In this document: positions 36,555-46,177 of the stretch, piece by piece
Numbering within the stretch: the first letter of the stretch is position 1
Layout: each line of letters begins with the position of its first letter
DNA from: Acidimicrobiia bacterium
GTDB taxonomy: Bacteria; Actinomycetota; Acidimicrobiia; IMCC26256; PALSA-555
Assembly (NCBI GenBank): GCA_035763745.1
Contig: DASUAO010000014.1
Coordinates: forward strand, 1,252 to 65,251
Length of the DNA stretch: 64,000 nucleotides
Reading direction: 5' to 3'
Program-made: the position numbers and the translations under genes
Notes under the pieces: model-generated
Databases searched by the model: none
What the model saw: the letters and a program-made list of their open reading frames with translations, nothing else
What the model was told of the DNA's origin: nothing

Positions 36555-37304
36555 GTGACCTCGGCGCACGAGCGGCGCAACCGCGCGTTCTGGGATGCCG
36601 ACGCCGACGACTACCAGTCCCTCCACGACCCCCAGCTCTCGGAGCCCCGGGTCTGGGGCGTGTGGGCCGTCCCCGAGGACGAGATCGACGTGCTCGGCCC
36701 GACCGCGGGCTGCGACGTGCTCGAGCTCGGATGCGGCGCAGCGCAATGGTCCATCGCCCTCGCTGGCGGCGGTGCCCGCTGCGTCGGGCTCGATCTCTCG
36801 ATCGCCCAGCTCCACCACGCGGGGCGCGGTCGAACCGAGGCCGACGTCGCGGTCCCGCTCCTGTGCGCGAGCGGCGAAGCGGTCCCGCTGCGCGACGCAT
36901 CGTTCGACGTCGTGTTCTGCGACCACGGGGCGTTCTCGTTCTGCGACCCCGATCGCGCCGTTGGCGAAGCCGCGCGCGTGCTCCGACCGGGCGGGCGGCT
37001 CGTCTTCAACCATTCGACCTTGTTGCACACCCTGTGTTGGGACGTCGACGCCGATCGCGTCCGCAGGAAGCTCCGACGCCCGTACTTCGGCGCCATGCGC
37101 TACGACTGGGACGACGGCACCGTCGACTTCCACCTCACCTACGGCGAGTGGATCCGATGCTTCGTACGACACGGGCTCGTCGTCGAGGACCTCGTCGAGC
37201 TCCGACCGCCGCCGGGCGCAAGCACCACCTACGACGGCTACGCCCCGGTGGAGTGGGCGCGGCAGTGGCCCGCGGAGGAGATCTGGCGACTGAGGAAGGG
37301 CTGA
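36555..37304 (+). CDS. class I SAM-dependent methyltransferase
   Basis: In-frame GTG of track ORF 36351..37304. VLELGCGAAQWSIALA (motif I), GLDLS, FDVVFCDHGAFSF and LRPGGRLVF. Confidence 0.85.
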   Translation: MTSAHERRNRAFWDADADDYQSLHDPQLSEPRVWGVWAVPEDEIDVLGPTAGCDVLELGCGAAQWSIALAGGGARCVGLDLSIAQLHHAGRGRTEADVAVPLLCASGEAVPLRDASFDVVFCDHGAFSFCDPDRAVGEAARVLRPGGRLVFNHSTLLHTLCWDVDADRVRRKLRRPYFGAMRYDWDDGTVDFHLTYGEWIRCFVRHGLVVEDLVELRPPPGASTTYDGYAPVEWARQWPAEEIWRLRKG

Positions 37305-37323
37305 GTCGACCCGATACGGTGCG

Positions 37324-38931
37324 TCAGCGTCGGTCGAAGGTCACGCCGGCGCGTTCGCGGTCCCACGTCGTCGCGGTCACGCCGTCGTCGCGCAGCTCGT
37401 ACTTGAGGACCCGACCGACCGGGTTGCGCGGCAGGTCGGACCGGAACTCGACGAAGCGGGGTACTGCGAAGTACGGAACGTGGTCGATCGCCCATCGACA
37501 GAGCGCTTCCTCCGACAGCGTGGACCCTTCCACCAGGACTGCCGTCACCTTCACCTCGTCCTCGCCCAGCTCGCTCGGCACCGAGTGCACCACGACGTCG
37601 GCGATGTCCTCGTGACCGTGGAAGATGCGTTCCATCTCGAAGCTGGAGATGTTCTCACCGCGCCGGCGGAGGTAGTCCTTCTTGCGGTCGACGAAGTACA
37701 GGAAGCCGTCGTCGTCGAGACGCCCCAGGTCGCCGGTGTGGAACCAGAGGTTGCCCAGGACCGAGAGCGTGTCCTCGGGGCGGCCCCAGTAGCCGGTGAA
37801 CATGACGTTCGGGCGCGTCGGCCGGCACACGATCTCCCCGATCTCGCCGGCGGCGACGGGGATGTCGCGCTCGTCGACGAGGCGGACCTCGAACTCGTGG
37901 TCGTTGGGCTTGCCTGCTGCGCCCGGTGGGTTCACCTCGCCCGCCGGGAGCATCGAGATCAGCGAGGCCTCGGTGAGGCCGTAGCCCCCACTGAAGGTCG
38001 CGCAACCGAAGCGGTCCCGCCAGAGCGCATCGGTCGCCGGCGGCATCGGTGCCGCCGCGCACACCCGGAGCCGGTGCCCGGCCTGGTCCGGGTGATCCTC
38101 GGCCTCGGCGATCAGGATCGCCAGCGAGCCGAGGAGCGACACCATGGTCGCCCCGGTTCGCTTGACCTCGGGCCAGAAGCGCGAGACCGAGAACCGACGC
38201 ACGATCGCCGCGCTCCCACCGTTGATCAGCGTCCCGACGACACAGATCGAGATCGCGTTGAAGTGGAACAGCGGCAGCGGCGTCAGGACGACGTCGTCGG
38301 GACGGCGCTCCCAGGCGCGGGAGATCTGCTCGGCGAGGGCCACGATGTAGTGCTGCGGGAGCATGCAGCCCTTCGAGGGCCCGGTGGTGCCCGCGGTGTA
38401 GATGAAGCACGCCAGGTCGTCGGGGCGGACGTCGATGCCCTCGACCGCCCGCTCGGACGCCGACGCGAGCACACCGTCCCACGCGTGCGTCGCGACCGCC
38501 GCGATCTCGGTATCGGGCTCGCCGGTCACGATGCACGACGTGAGGTCGGGCATGTCGGAGCCGGCGATCGCGGCGACGCGCGAGGCGAAGTCGCCCTGGA
38601 CGACGATCACCTTCGACCCCGAGTCGGCGAGCTGGTGGCGGAGGAACTCGCCCTTGTACGCGGTGTTGATCGGGACCTGGATGGCCCCCAGCTTCAGCGC
38701 GGCGAAGAACGTGATCACCTGGGCCGGCGAGTTCTCGAGCAGCGTCGCCACGCGATCCCCGCGCCCGACGCCCAGGTCGGTGAGGACATGGGCGAGGCGA
38801 TTGCTCGCCGCGTCGACCTCCCGGGCCGAGAACGCGTCGCCCTCGAAGTCGAGGTACGTGCCGTCGGGATCGGTCCCCAGGCGGTGCGCGAGCGCATCGA
38901 GCACGGTCGCGTCGTTGCCGAGGGCTCCCAT
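37324..38931 (-). CDS. AMP-dependent acyl-CoA synthetase/ligase
   Basis: 535-aa track ORF. YTAGTTGPSKG, GYGLTE, GDLGRLDDDGFLYFVDRKKDYLRRRGENIS and VPRFVEFRSDLPRNPVGRVLK. Confidence 0.9.
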   Translation of the reverse strand: MGALGNDATVLDALAHRLGTDPDGTYLDFEGDAFSAREVDAASNRLAHVLTDLGVGRGDRVATLLENSPAQVITFFAALKLGAIQVPINTAYKGEFLRHQLADSGSKVIVVQGDFASRVAAIAGSDMPDLTSCIVTGEPDTEIAAVATHAWDGVLASASERAVEGIDVRPDDLACFIYTAGTTGPSKGCMLPQHYIVALAEQISRAWERRPDDVVLTPLPLFHFNAISICVVGTLINGGSAAIVRRFSVSRFWPEVKRTGATMVSLLGSLAILIAEAEDHPDQAGHRLRVCAAAPMPPATDALWRDRFGCATFSGGYGLTEASLISMLPAGEVNPPGAAGKPNDHEFEVRLVDERDIPVAAGEIGEIVCRPTRPNVMFTGYWGRPEDTLSVLGNLWFHTGDLGRLDDDGFLYFVDRKKDYLRRRGENISSFEMERIFHGHEDIADVVVHSVPSELGEDEVKVTAVLVEGSTLSEEALCRWAIDHVPYFAVPRFVEFRSDLPRNPVGRVLKYELRDDGVTATTWDRERAGVTFDRR

Positions 38932-38937
38932 CGCGAT

Positions 38938-38953
38938 CTGACACTAGCGTCAG
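38938..38953. promoter_or_regulatory. 16-bp palindrome CTGACActagCGTCAG (candidate operator)
   Basis: Perfect inverted repeat 7 nt upstream of the ligase ATG (38931, minus strand), in the divergent region shared with the OsmC gene (39024). Confidence 0.6.
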
Positions 38954-39023
38954 GTCCCGCGCGGGCCGATGGGCACCGGGACCGATCCGGCGCCGACGGG
39001 CGCGTCGAGACACGGAGGTCGCG

Positions 39024-39554
39024 ATGGGAGCCGGGGCCGTGCACCGCTACGAGACGTGGTGCGCCTGGGAGGGCTCGACCGGCGCCGGCTACGAGTCCTA
39101 CGACCGCGCCCACACGGCGGCGGCCCCCCCGGCACTCGGTGCGCTCTCGATGAGCGCGGACCCCGCGTTCCGGGGCGACCCGGCGGGGGTGAACCCCGAG
39201 CAGCTGCTCGTCCTCGCGGCGTCGTCGTGCCAGCTCCTCAGCTTCCTGGCGGTCGCGGCGCGAGCCCGGATCGACGTGGTCGCGTACTCCGATCGCGCCG
39301 AGGCCGTGATGCCCGAGGACGACCTGCCGGTCCGCATCACGTCGATCACCCTCCGCCCGGAGATCCGCGTGCGTGGGCCCGTCGCCGAGGACCGCCTGCG
39401 TCATCTCTGCGAGGTCGCGCACCGTGAGTGCTTCATCTCGAACAGCCTCACGACCGAGGTGCGGGTGGAACCGTCGTTCACCTACGACCCGATGGCCGGA
39501 TCGAGTGAGGCCGGATCGAGTGAGGCCGGATCGAGTGAGGCCGGGTCCGGCTAG
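39024..39554 (+). CDS. OsmC/Ohr family protein with C-terminal GSSEA repeat tail
   Basis: 176-aa track ORF. HRYETWCAWEGSTGAGYESY...GVNPEQLLVLAASSCQLLSFL...CEVAHRECFISNSL, then (AGSSE)x3. Confidence 0.85.
   Translation: MGAGAVHRYETWCAWEGSTGAGYESYDRAHTAAAPPALGALSMSADPAFRGDPAGVNPEQLLVLAASSCQLLSFLAVAARARIDVVAYSDRAEAVMPEDDLPVRITSITLRPEIRVRGPVAEDRLRHLCEVAHRECFISNSLTTEVRVEPSFTYDPMAGSSEAGSSEAGSSEAGSG
39495..39539 (+). repeat. 3 x 15-bp perfect in-frame tandem repeat (gccggatcgagtgag)
   Basis: Three identical units plus a degenerate fourth (gccgggtccggc), encoding AGSSE-AGSSE-AGSSE-AGSG at the OsmC C-terminus. Confidence 0.9.
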
Positions 39555-41077
39555 GGCAGGATCCCCCGGTGCGCCGCGGGCTCCGCGGGACCGCGGCGTC
39601 GCGACTCGCTCAACGCGAGCCCGTCGAGGAGTGCGTTGCGCAGCTCCGAGGGCTCGATGATCTCGTCGTAGCTGAGCGTGTCGGCCGACGAGTACGCGCC
39701 GCCGAGCTCGGCGTGCTCCAGCACCGCGCGGGCGTCCGGCTCGAGGCGGGCCGCGTCGGCGCCACTCTCTGCGGGCATGGCACCGAGCCGGGCGCCCGGG
39801 AACGCGTACGTGACCGTCTGCGTGTCGAACGGGTTCATCGCCATGAGCGACGACCCGAACCCGTAGGCCTTGCGCAGCGTGACGTGCAGCTTCGGTGACC
39901 GGACCCGGTGCTGTGCGGCGAACATGCGGGCCGCGTGCCGGAGGATCCCCTGGCGCTCCGAGGCGGTGCCCGCGAGCACGCCCGGGTTGTCGGCGAGGAA
40001 CACGACCGGGAGATGGAAGGCGTCGGCGACTCCCAGGAAGTGCGCGGCCTTGTCGGCGGACTCGGCGTCGATCGACCCCGCCTTCACCGCGGGCTGGTTC
40101 GCGACCACCGCGACCGCGGTGCCGCCGAGGTGCGCGAGCGCCGTGACGACCGGCCGCCCGTGCGCGGGCTCGATCTCGAGCACCGAGCCGACGTCGAAGA
40201 CCGGCTCGATGACGGCGCGGACGTCGTACCCGCGGCGAGGATCAGCGGGAACGACGTCGACCAGCTCCGGCACCGCCCGGCGACCGGTTGCCGCGTCGTC
40301 GCTCCCGGACGACGGCGGACGCTCCCATGCACTGGACGGGAAGTACGAGAGGTAGCGCCGGACGAGATCGAGTGCCGTGGCGTCGTCGGCGACGGCGTTG
40401 TGCACCACCCCACTGAGGATGGCGTGGATCGCGGGACCGCCGAGCTCCTCCTTCGTCACCTCTTCCCCCATCGAGGCCTTCACCAGGGGCGGACCGGCCG
40501 AGAAGACCGCGCCCTGTTCGGTCATCACCACGAAGTCCATGAGCGGTGCCGTGAGCGCGCCGTGACCGGCGGACGCACCCATCACGACGCACACCATCGG
40601 CACGGTCCCCGACAGCGACGCGAGCGTCTGGAGGTCGTTGGGAGCGCGGCCACGCCGCTCGAACGCGTTCTGGGCTCGCTCGCCGGCCCCTTCGAGGAGC
40701 ATCACCAGTGGCACCCGCTCCTGACCCGCGAGCTCGGCGAGCCGCTGGCGCTTCGCCGTCGTCCCGTGGCCGATGGACCCACCCATGACCGTGAAGTCCT
40801 CCGACCCGACGAGCACGGGACGCCCGTCGATCCGGCCGTGCCCGGCCACGAGCGCATCGGCCGGCGCCGCAGGGCTCACGCCGCGTTGCACGGAGCCGGT
40901 CAACGTGCCCAGCTCCACGAAGGAACCCCCGTCGAGGAGGTGCTCGACCCGGGCGCGGGCGTCGAGCCGACCACCGGCGCGCTGACGCTCGAGGCGCTCG
41001 GGTCCGCCCATCGCACGCGCGTCGTCGCGGCGCGCCGCGAGGTCGTCGAGGATCGGGGCCCAGTCGTCGCGGCTCAT
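39551..41077 (-). CDS. acyl-CoA carboxylase beta subunit (carboxyltransferase)
   Basis: M36 of track ORF 39551..41182; the start overlaps the upstream stop (ATGA). RLDARARVEHLLDGGSFVELG, EDFTVMGGSIG, VVMGASAGHGA, ANQPAVKAGSID and VFLADNPG. Confidence 0.9.
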   Translation of the reverse strand: MSRDDWAPILDDLAARRDDARAMGGPERLERQRAGGRLDARARVEHLLDGGSFVELGTLTGSVQRGVSPAAPADALVAGHGRIDGRPVLVGSEDFTVMGGSIGHGTTAKRQRLAELAGQERVPLVMLLEGAGERAQNAFERRGRAPNDLQTLASLSGTVPMVCVVMGASAGHGALTAPLMDFVVMTEQGAVFSAGPPLVKASMGEEVTKEELGGPAIHAILSGVVHNAVADDATALDLVRRYLSYFPSSAWERPPSSGSDDAATGRRAVPELVDVVPADPRRGYDVRAVIEPVFDVGSVLEIEPAHGRPVVTALAHLGGTAVAVVANQPAVKAGSIDAESADKAAHFLGVADAFHLPVVFLADNPGVLAGTASERQGILRHAARMFAAQHRVRSPKLHVTLRKAYGFGSSLMAMNPFDTQTVTYAFPGARLGAMPAESGADAARLEPDARAVLEHAELGGAYSSADTLSYDEIIEPSELRNALLDGLALSESRRRGPAEPAAHRGILP

Positions 41078-42000
41078 CGTCCGAGGCCCGCGGCGAGCGC
41101 GTCGGCGTGCGCGGCCGCGGTCCCGAACGTCGTGTTCAGCATCCAGGCACGCTTGAGGTACAGGTGGACGTCCACCTCCCACGTGAACCCCATGCCACCG
41201 TGCACCTGCATGGAGTCCTTGGCGTTCTCGAGCGCGGCCTCGGTCGCGAGGATGCGGGCACCCGAGATCGCGCGATCCACATCGCCGACCGCCGGATCAT
41301 CGAGGGTGACCGCCGCCGCGTCGACTGCCGCGCGCGCGAGCTCGGCCCGCACGACCATGTCGGCGAGGATGTGCTTCACGGCCTGGAAGGAGCCGATCGG
41401 GCGGTCGAACTGCCGACGGTCGAGCGCGTACGCGGTGGCCGACTCGACGCACGCAGCCGCCATCCCCACCTGGTACGCAGACGTGAGCACCGCCCCGCCG
41501 CGTCGCCACGTCCGGGCGTCGTCGGCGTCCCCGACCGCTTCGCCCGGCGGGAGCGCGTCCACGAGGTGCACCGGGGTGAGCGGGTCGAGCGGCCACTCGA
41601 CCGCTCGGACCCCCTCACAGGCGCTCGGCTCCACCCGACGCGGCCCGTCGGCGGTGGCGACCACGATCGAGTCGGCGGCGTCGAGGTGCTCGATCGCGAT
41701 GGGGCCCGAACCGGCGGTCTCCTCGACGCCGGTGACGACCCCGTCGACGACCCCGTGCGCGAGGTGGGACCACACGAGGGGCCCGGGGACCAGGGCCCGA
41801 CCGAGCTCGGAGAACGCGATCCCGGCGTCGGCCCAGCCGAACCCGTCGGCGCGCAGCGAGAACACACCGGTCGCGTCGAGCTCCGAGAACATCGATCCGT
41901 CGAACCCGGCGCGGACCCGCTCCATCCCGAACCGACCGGTGCACAGCGAGCGGATGCCGTCCCGCAGCGCCTCCTGGTCCTCGGTGAGGTCGAAATTCAC
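41074..42000 (-). CDS. acyl-CoA dehydrogenase family protein, beta-type (non-catalytic-looking) subunit
   Basis: In-frame GTG (V7) of track ORF 41074..42018, overlapping the upstream stop (GTGA). DRRQFDRPIGSFQAVKHILADM and MQVHGGMGFTWEVDVHLYLKRA; no GGT/EGT-SEIQ motif. Confidence 0.85.
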   Translation of the reverse strand: MNFDLTEDQEALRDGIRSLCTGRFGMERVRAGFDGSMFSELDATGVFSLRADGFGWADAGIAFSELGRALVPGPLVWSHLAHGVVDGVVTGVEETAGSGPIAIEHLDAADSIVVATADGPRRVEPSACEGVRAVEWPLDPLTPVHLVDALPPGEAVGDADDARTWRRGGAVLTSAYQVGMAAACVESATAYALDRRQFDRPIGSFQAVKHILADMVVRAELARAAVDAAAVTLDDPAVGDVDRAISGARILATEAALENAKDSMQVHGGMGFTWEVDVHLYLKRAWMLNTTFGTAAAHADALAAGLGR

Positions 42001-43151
42001 GCCGGCTCCTTCGGCCACTGGCGTTCCTTCGGCAGCCCGAGGAGCCGCTCCCCGATGATGTTGCGCTGGATCTGCGAGGTGCCGGCGGCGATCGGCAGCG
42101 ACAGCGTGCGGAGGCGCTCCTCGACGGGGTACTCACCGACGTCGAACGCACGGCGCTCGAGCACCCGCATGCTCAGCTCGCCCAGGTGGTCGCGCGCCGT
42201 CGAGTAGCCGAGCTTCAACAACATCGCTCCCGGTCCCGGTGCGCCCCGATGGGCCGCCTGCGACACGTTGCGCTTCGTGAGCGCCCAGAGGGCGTCGAGC
42301 TCCGCGATCACGTGGGCGAGCTCGCGCCGCTCGGCGACGTCGGTGACCACGGGCGCGAGCTCCTCCGCCATGCGCAGGGCGTCGACCATCTCGCTCACGA
42401 ACGCGGTCCCGCGCTCGAACGACAGCGTGACGTTGGTGACCCGCCAGCCGTCGTTCTCCTCACCGACGCGGTTCGCCACCGGCACCCGCACGTCGTCGAG
42501 GAACACCTCGCAGAACTCTGACGACCCGAGGAGCGTCTCGATCGGCCGGATCTCGATGCCCGGGGTGTCCATGGGCAGGATCAACCAGGTGATGCCCTTG
42601 TGCTTCGGCGCGTCGGGGTCGGTGCGCACCAGCAGCTCGCCGTACTCACCGATCTGCCCGAAGGAGCACCAGATCTTGCGGCCGTTGACCACATAGTCGT
42701 CGCCGTCGCGCACGGCGCGGGTCGTGAGGCCGGCGAGGTCGGAGCCCGCGTCGGGTTCCGAGAAGCACTGGCACCACACCTCGTCACCGCGGAGGATCTT
42801 CGGGATGTGGGACGACTTCTGCTCCTCCGTCCCCTCGGCGATGAGGGTGGGACCCGCGTGCAGCGTCCCGACGAAGTTCACCCCGACGTACGGCGCTCGG
42901 GCCCGGGTCGTCTCGTCGAGGAAGATGAGCTGCTCGCTCGGCGACGCGTCGCGCCCGCCGTAGGCCTTCGGCCAGCTCATCCCGGCGTAGCCGGCGTCGA
43001 AGAGCCGTCGCTGCCAGTCGGTGTCGTAGCGGACCCGCGCCGGCCAGTCGTCGCGTGCCGGGTGCTCCGGGAGATCGGGGAGCGTGCGCGCGAGCCAGTC
43101 GCGCAGCTCGGCGCGGAACGCCTCGTCTTCCTCGGAGTACCGGAGGTCCAT
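41997..43151 (-). CDS. acyl-CoA dehydrogenase, alpha-type subunit
   Basis: M142 of track ORF 41997..43574: MDLRYSEEDEAFRAELRDWL...WCQCFSEPDAGSDLAGL...VNGRKIWCSFGQIGEY...IAAGTSQIQRNIIGERLLGLPKE. Confidence 0.9.
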   Translation of the reverse strand: MDLRYSEEDEAFRAELRDWLARTLPDLPEHPARDDWPARVRYDTDWQRRLFDAGYAGMSWPKAYGGRDASPSEQLIFLDETTRARAPYVGVNFVGTLHAGPTLIAEGTEEQKSSHIPKILRGDEVWCQCFSEPDAGSDLAGLTTRAVRDGDDYVVNGRKIWCSFGQIGEYGELLVRTDPDAPKHKGITWLILPMDTPGIEIRPIETLLGSSEFCEVFLDDVRVPVANRVGEENDGWRVTNVTLSFERGTAFVSEMVDALRMAEELAPVVTDVAERRELAHVIAELDALWALTKRNVSQAAHRGAPGPGAMLLKLGYSTARDHLGELSMRVLERRAFDVGEYPVEERLRTLSLPIAAGTSQIQRNIIGERLLGLPKERQWPKEPA

Positions 43152-43192
43152 GCGGCCAGCGAGCCTACCGGTGGTCCCACACGGACCGAGCC

Positions 43193-44710
43193 TCAGCAGA
43201 TCTTCTTCGACCGAGGTGCGACCTCGTCGAGGAGGTAGCGCAGCACCGTCCGGTCGACGCACCGGTTCCCCGCGAGGAACGCCGTGTGTCGCGAACCTCT
43301 GGCCACCACGAGGCGGGCAGGCGGACCGATCTCCCGGGCCAGGCCCTTCGCCCATGCCAGCGGCGTTGCCGGGTCGTTGCGGGTGCCCAGCACGAGCACA
43401 GGCATGGTCGTCTCGGACGCGACCGACGGCAACGCGCCGGGTTGCACCGGCCACAACGCGCACGCGAGCGAGTTGTTCACGATCGCCCGTCCGAGCCGTG
43501 GCGCCGCGCGCGCAGCCTCCTCCTCGATGGCACGCAGGCCGTCGAGCCCGCCGAACCCCGGGCCGTCGGCGCACCCGACCGCCCAGAACGACTCCTGGAG
43601 ATCGTCGTAGCGCCCGTCCCCCGAACGTCCCGTGTACACGTCGGCGTAGCGGACGAGGTCGCTGCCGTCACCCCGGTCGGCGCGTCGGAGGGCATCGGCG
43701 AGAGCCGGCCACGAGCTCTTCCCGTCGTAGAGCAGGAGCGTGACACCGGTGTCGAACAGCGTGGTGTTGAGGTCGCGTCGCCCGGGTGCGCCGCTCGCCC
43801 GGATCGGCGCATCGGCGATCCGCGCGCGCAGCGCGTCGTACGCGCCCGCCGGGTCGCCGTCGTGGTGGAACGCGCAGCCGGCATCTTCTGCGCAGTCGGC
43901 GAGGAACAGGTCGAGCGAGTGCTCGAACCCCTCCGACTGCTCGACCTGCACCGCCGTGGCGTCGAGGCCCGGATCGACCGCGCCGTCGAGCACGAGTGCC
44001 CGCACCCGCTCCGGGAACTGCGCCGCGTACAGCGCACCGAGATAGGTCCCGTAGGAGAACCCCAGGTAGGTGAGCCGGTCGTCACCGAGCGCCTCGCGTA
44101 CGCGATCCATGTCCCGAGCGGTCCGCTCGGTCGCGAGGTACGGGAGGAGCGTTCCGTCGCTCGCGACGCACGCGTCCACGACCGCCTGGACGCCCGCCAC
44201 GAACTCGGCGCGTGTGGCGGCGTCGGTCGACGTCCAGTCCAGCTCGTAGAGGGGGTCGAGGTCGTCGAGGCAGTCCACGCCCTCGCTCTCACCCACCCCA
44301 CGCGGGTCGAATCCGACGATGTCGAACCGATCGAGGATCTCGTCGGGCAGGGTCGGCGCGAAGTCCGCCGCGAAGTCCGTCGCAGGGGCTCCCGGACCGC
44401 CGGGGTTCACGACCAGCGAGCCGATCCGACGATCGGGGTCCCGCGCCGGGACCCGCGCGAGCCCGAGGTCGATCGTGGGGCCGTCGGCGACCGAGTCGTC
44501 GAGCGGGACCGTGAGCGTGGCGCACTCGGCGTACCCCCGCTGGCAGGGCGTCCACTCCAACGGCGACGGGGCGAACGCGTGGTGCGCGGAGGTCGGAGCC
44601 GAAGCGGCGAGCGTCGGTGCACCCAGGCTGCCGCCTGCTGCGGCGACCGTGAGGACGATGGCGAAGATGGACCGGCGCACTCGGCGAGCGTAGGTGGCCC
44701 GATCGCTCAC
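43193..44710 (-). CDS. secreted alpha/beta hydrolase, tripeptidyl-aminopeptidase (TAP) family
   Basis: 505-aa track ORF. Signal IFAIVLTVAAAGGSLGAPTLAASA. NPGGPGAP, IVGFDPRGVGES, YLGFSYGTYLG (nucleophile elbow) and a C-terminal TAP-like block LVLGTRNDPATP...GSRHTAF. Confidence 0.85.
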   Translation of the reverse strand: MSDRATYARRVRRSIFAIVLTVAAAGGSLGAPTLAASAPTSAHHAFAPSPLEWTPCQRGYAECATLTVPLDDSVADGPTIDLGLARVPARDPDRRIGSLVVNPGGPGAPATDFAADFAPTLPDEILDRFDIVGFDPRGVGESEGVDCLDDLDPLYELDWTSTDAATRAEFVAGVQAVVDACVASDGTLLPYLATERTARDMDRVREALGDDRLTYLGFSYGTYLGALYAAQFPERVRALVLDGAVDPGLDATAVQVEQSEGFEHSLDLFLADCAEDAGCAFHHDGDPAGAYDALRARIADAPIRASGAPGRRDLNTTLFDTGVTLLLYDGKSSWPALADALRRADRGDGSDLVRYADVYTGRSGDGRYDDLQESFWAVGCADGPGFGGLDGLRAIEEEAARAAPRLGRAIVNNSLACALWPVQPGALPSVASETTMPVLVLGTRNDPATPLAWAKGLAREIGPPARLVVARGSRHTAFLAGNRCVDRTVLRYLLDEVAPRSKKIC

Positions 44711-44716
44711 CCTCGG

Positions 44717-46159
44717 TCAGGCCGGCGACTCCGACGAGAAGTAGACGTTCTTGACCTCGGTGTAGTGCGAGAGTGCATGCATCCCGAGCTCGCGACCGAG
44801 TCCCGACCGCTTGTAGCCGCCGAACGGCGTCTCGGTGCGCACACTCTTGTGGGAGTTCACCGAGAGGTTCCCGGTACGGATCCCCTTCGCCACCCGGATG
44901 GCCCGCCCGACGTCGCCGGTCCAGATGGAGCCCGACAGCCCGTAGTCGTTGTCGTTGGCGATCTCGACGGCCTGGGCCTCGTCGTCGAACGGGATGACGC
45001 AGGCGACCGGCCCGAAGATCTCTTCGCGTGCGACCCGCATCGAGTTCGAGACACCGGCGAGCACGGCCGGGGCGAGATACCACCCGTCGCCCTCCCCCGG
45101 CTCGCCACCCGTCGTGCGGCGCGCTCCCTCGCCTTCTCCGATCGCCAGGTACTCGAGTGACGTCCCTCGTTGCGCGTCGGAGATCATCGGCCCCATCTCG
45201 GTGGACGGGTCGAGCGGATCGCCGACCACGACCCTTGCCGTCGCGGCCGAGAAGCCCTCCACGAAGTCGCCGTACACAGAGCGCTCCACCAGGATGCGAC
45301 TACGTGCGCAGCAGTCCTGGCCGGCATTGCCGAACACGGCCATCGGGGTCTCCTCGATGCACCGATCGAGGTCGGCATCGGCGAAGACGACGCTCGCCGA
45401 CTTGCCGCCGAGCTCGAGTGAGCACCGCGCGATGTTGTCGGCCGACGCTCTCAAGATCGACGCACCCGTCGCGGTCTCCCCGGTGAAGCCGATCTTCGAG
45501 ACCCTCCGGTCGGCGACGAGCGCGGTGCCGAGCACCCGACCCGGACCGACGAGCACCGACACGGCGCCCGCAGGCACCCCCGCATCGATCAAGATCGACC
45601 CCAGCAGCAGCGCCGTGAGCGGCGTGAGCGACGCCGGCTTGAGGATGATCGGGTTCCCGCACGCGAGCGCGGGCGCGACCTTCCACGTGGCGATCAGCAA
45701 CGGGAAGTTCCACGGCACGATGAGCGCGCACACTCCGATCGGCTCGCGCAGGACCACGTCGAGCCCGGCCTGCTGGACCGGCACCACCTCGCCGAAGTGC
45801 TTGTTGGCCGCGCCGGCGTAGTACTCGAAGACATCCGCCGCCGTCGCGACCTCCCATCGCGCATCACCGATCGGATGCCCGGCGCCCCGGACTTCGGCCT
45901 CGACCAGCTCGTCGGCTCGCTCGCGCAGGAGCCGGGCGACCCCGAGGAGCACCCGGCCGCGATCGGTGGCGTTCGTGCGGGGCCATTCTCCCGTCTCGAA
46001 CTCTCGAGTTGCGGCGCGCAGGGCATCGTCGAGGTCGTCCTCGTCGGCCTGGGCGACGGAGGCCAGGATGCCACCCGTCGCGGGCTCGATGAGATCGAGC
46101 GGGCGTCCGCGCCCTGCGCGTGCCTCGCCTCCCACGAGAAGGTGCCACGCACGGTCCAT
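44717..46159 (-). CDS. NAD(P)-dependent aldehyde dehydrogenase
   Basis: C-terminal 480 aa of track ORF 44717..47137 (MDRAWHLLVGGE...). VPWNFPLL, FTGETATG, ELGGKSASVVF, GQDCCARSRIL and EEIFGPVACV. Confidence 0.9.
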   Translation of the reverse strand: MDRAWHLLVGGEARAGRGRPLDLIEPATGGILASVAQADEDDLDDALRAATREFETGEWPRTNATDRGRVLLGVARLLRERADELVEAEVRGAGHPIGDARWEVATAADVFEYYAGAANKHFGEVVPVQQAGLDVVLREPIGVCALIVPWNFPLLIATWKVAPALACGNPIILKPASLTPLTALLLGSILIDAGVPAGAVSVLVGPGRVLGTALVADRRVSKIGFTGETATGASILRASADNIARCSLELGGKSASVVFADADLDRCIEETPMAVFGNAGQDCCARSRILVERSVYGDFVEGFSAATARVVVGDPLDPSTEMGPMISDAQRGTSLEYLAIGEGEGARRTTGGEPGEGDGWYLAPAVLAGVSNSMRVAREEIFGPVACVIPFDDEAQAVEIANDNDYGLSGSIWTGDVGRAIRVAKGIRTGNLSVNSHKSVRTETPFGGYKRSGLGRELGMHALSHYTEVKNVYFSSESPA

Positions 46160-46177
46160 CCGCGGCAGCATACGAGG

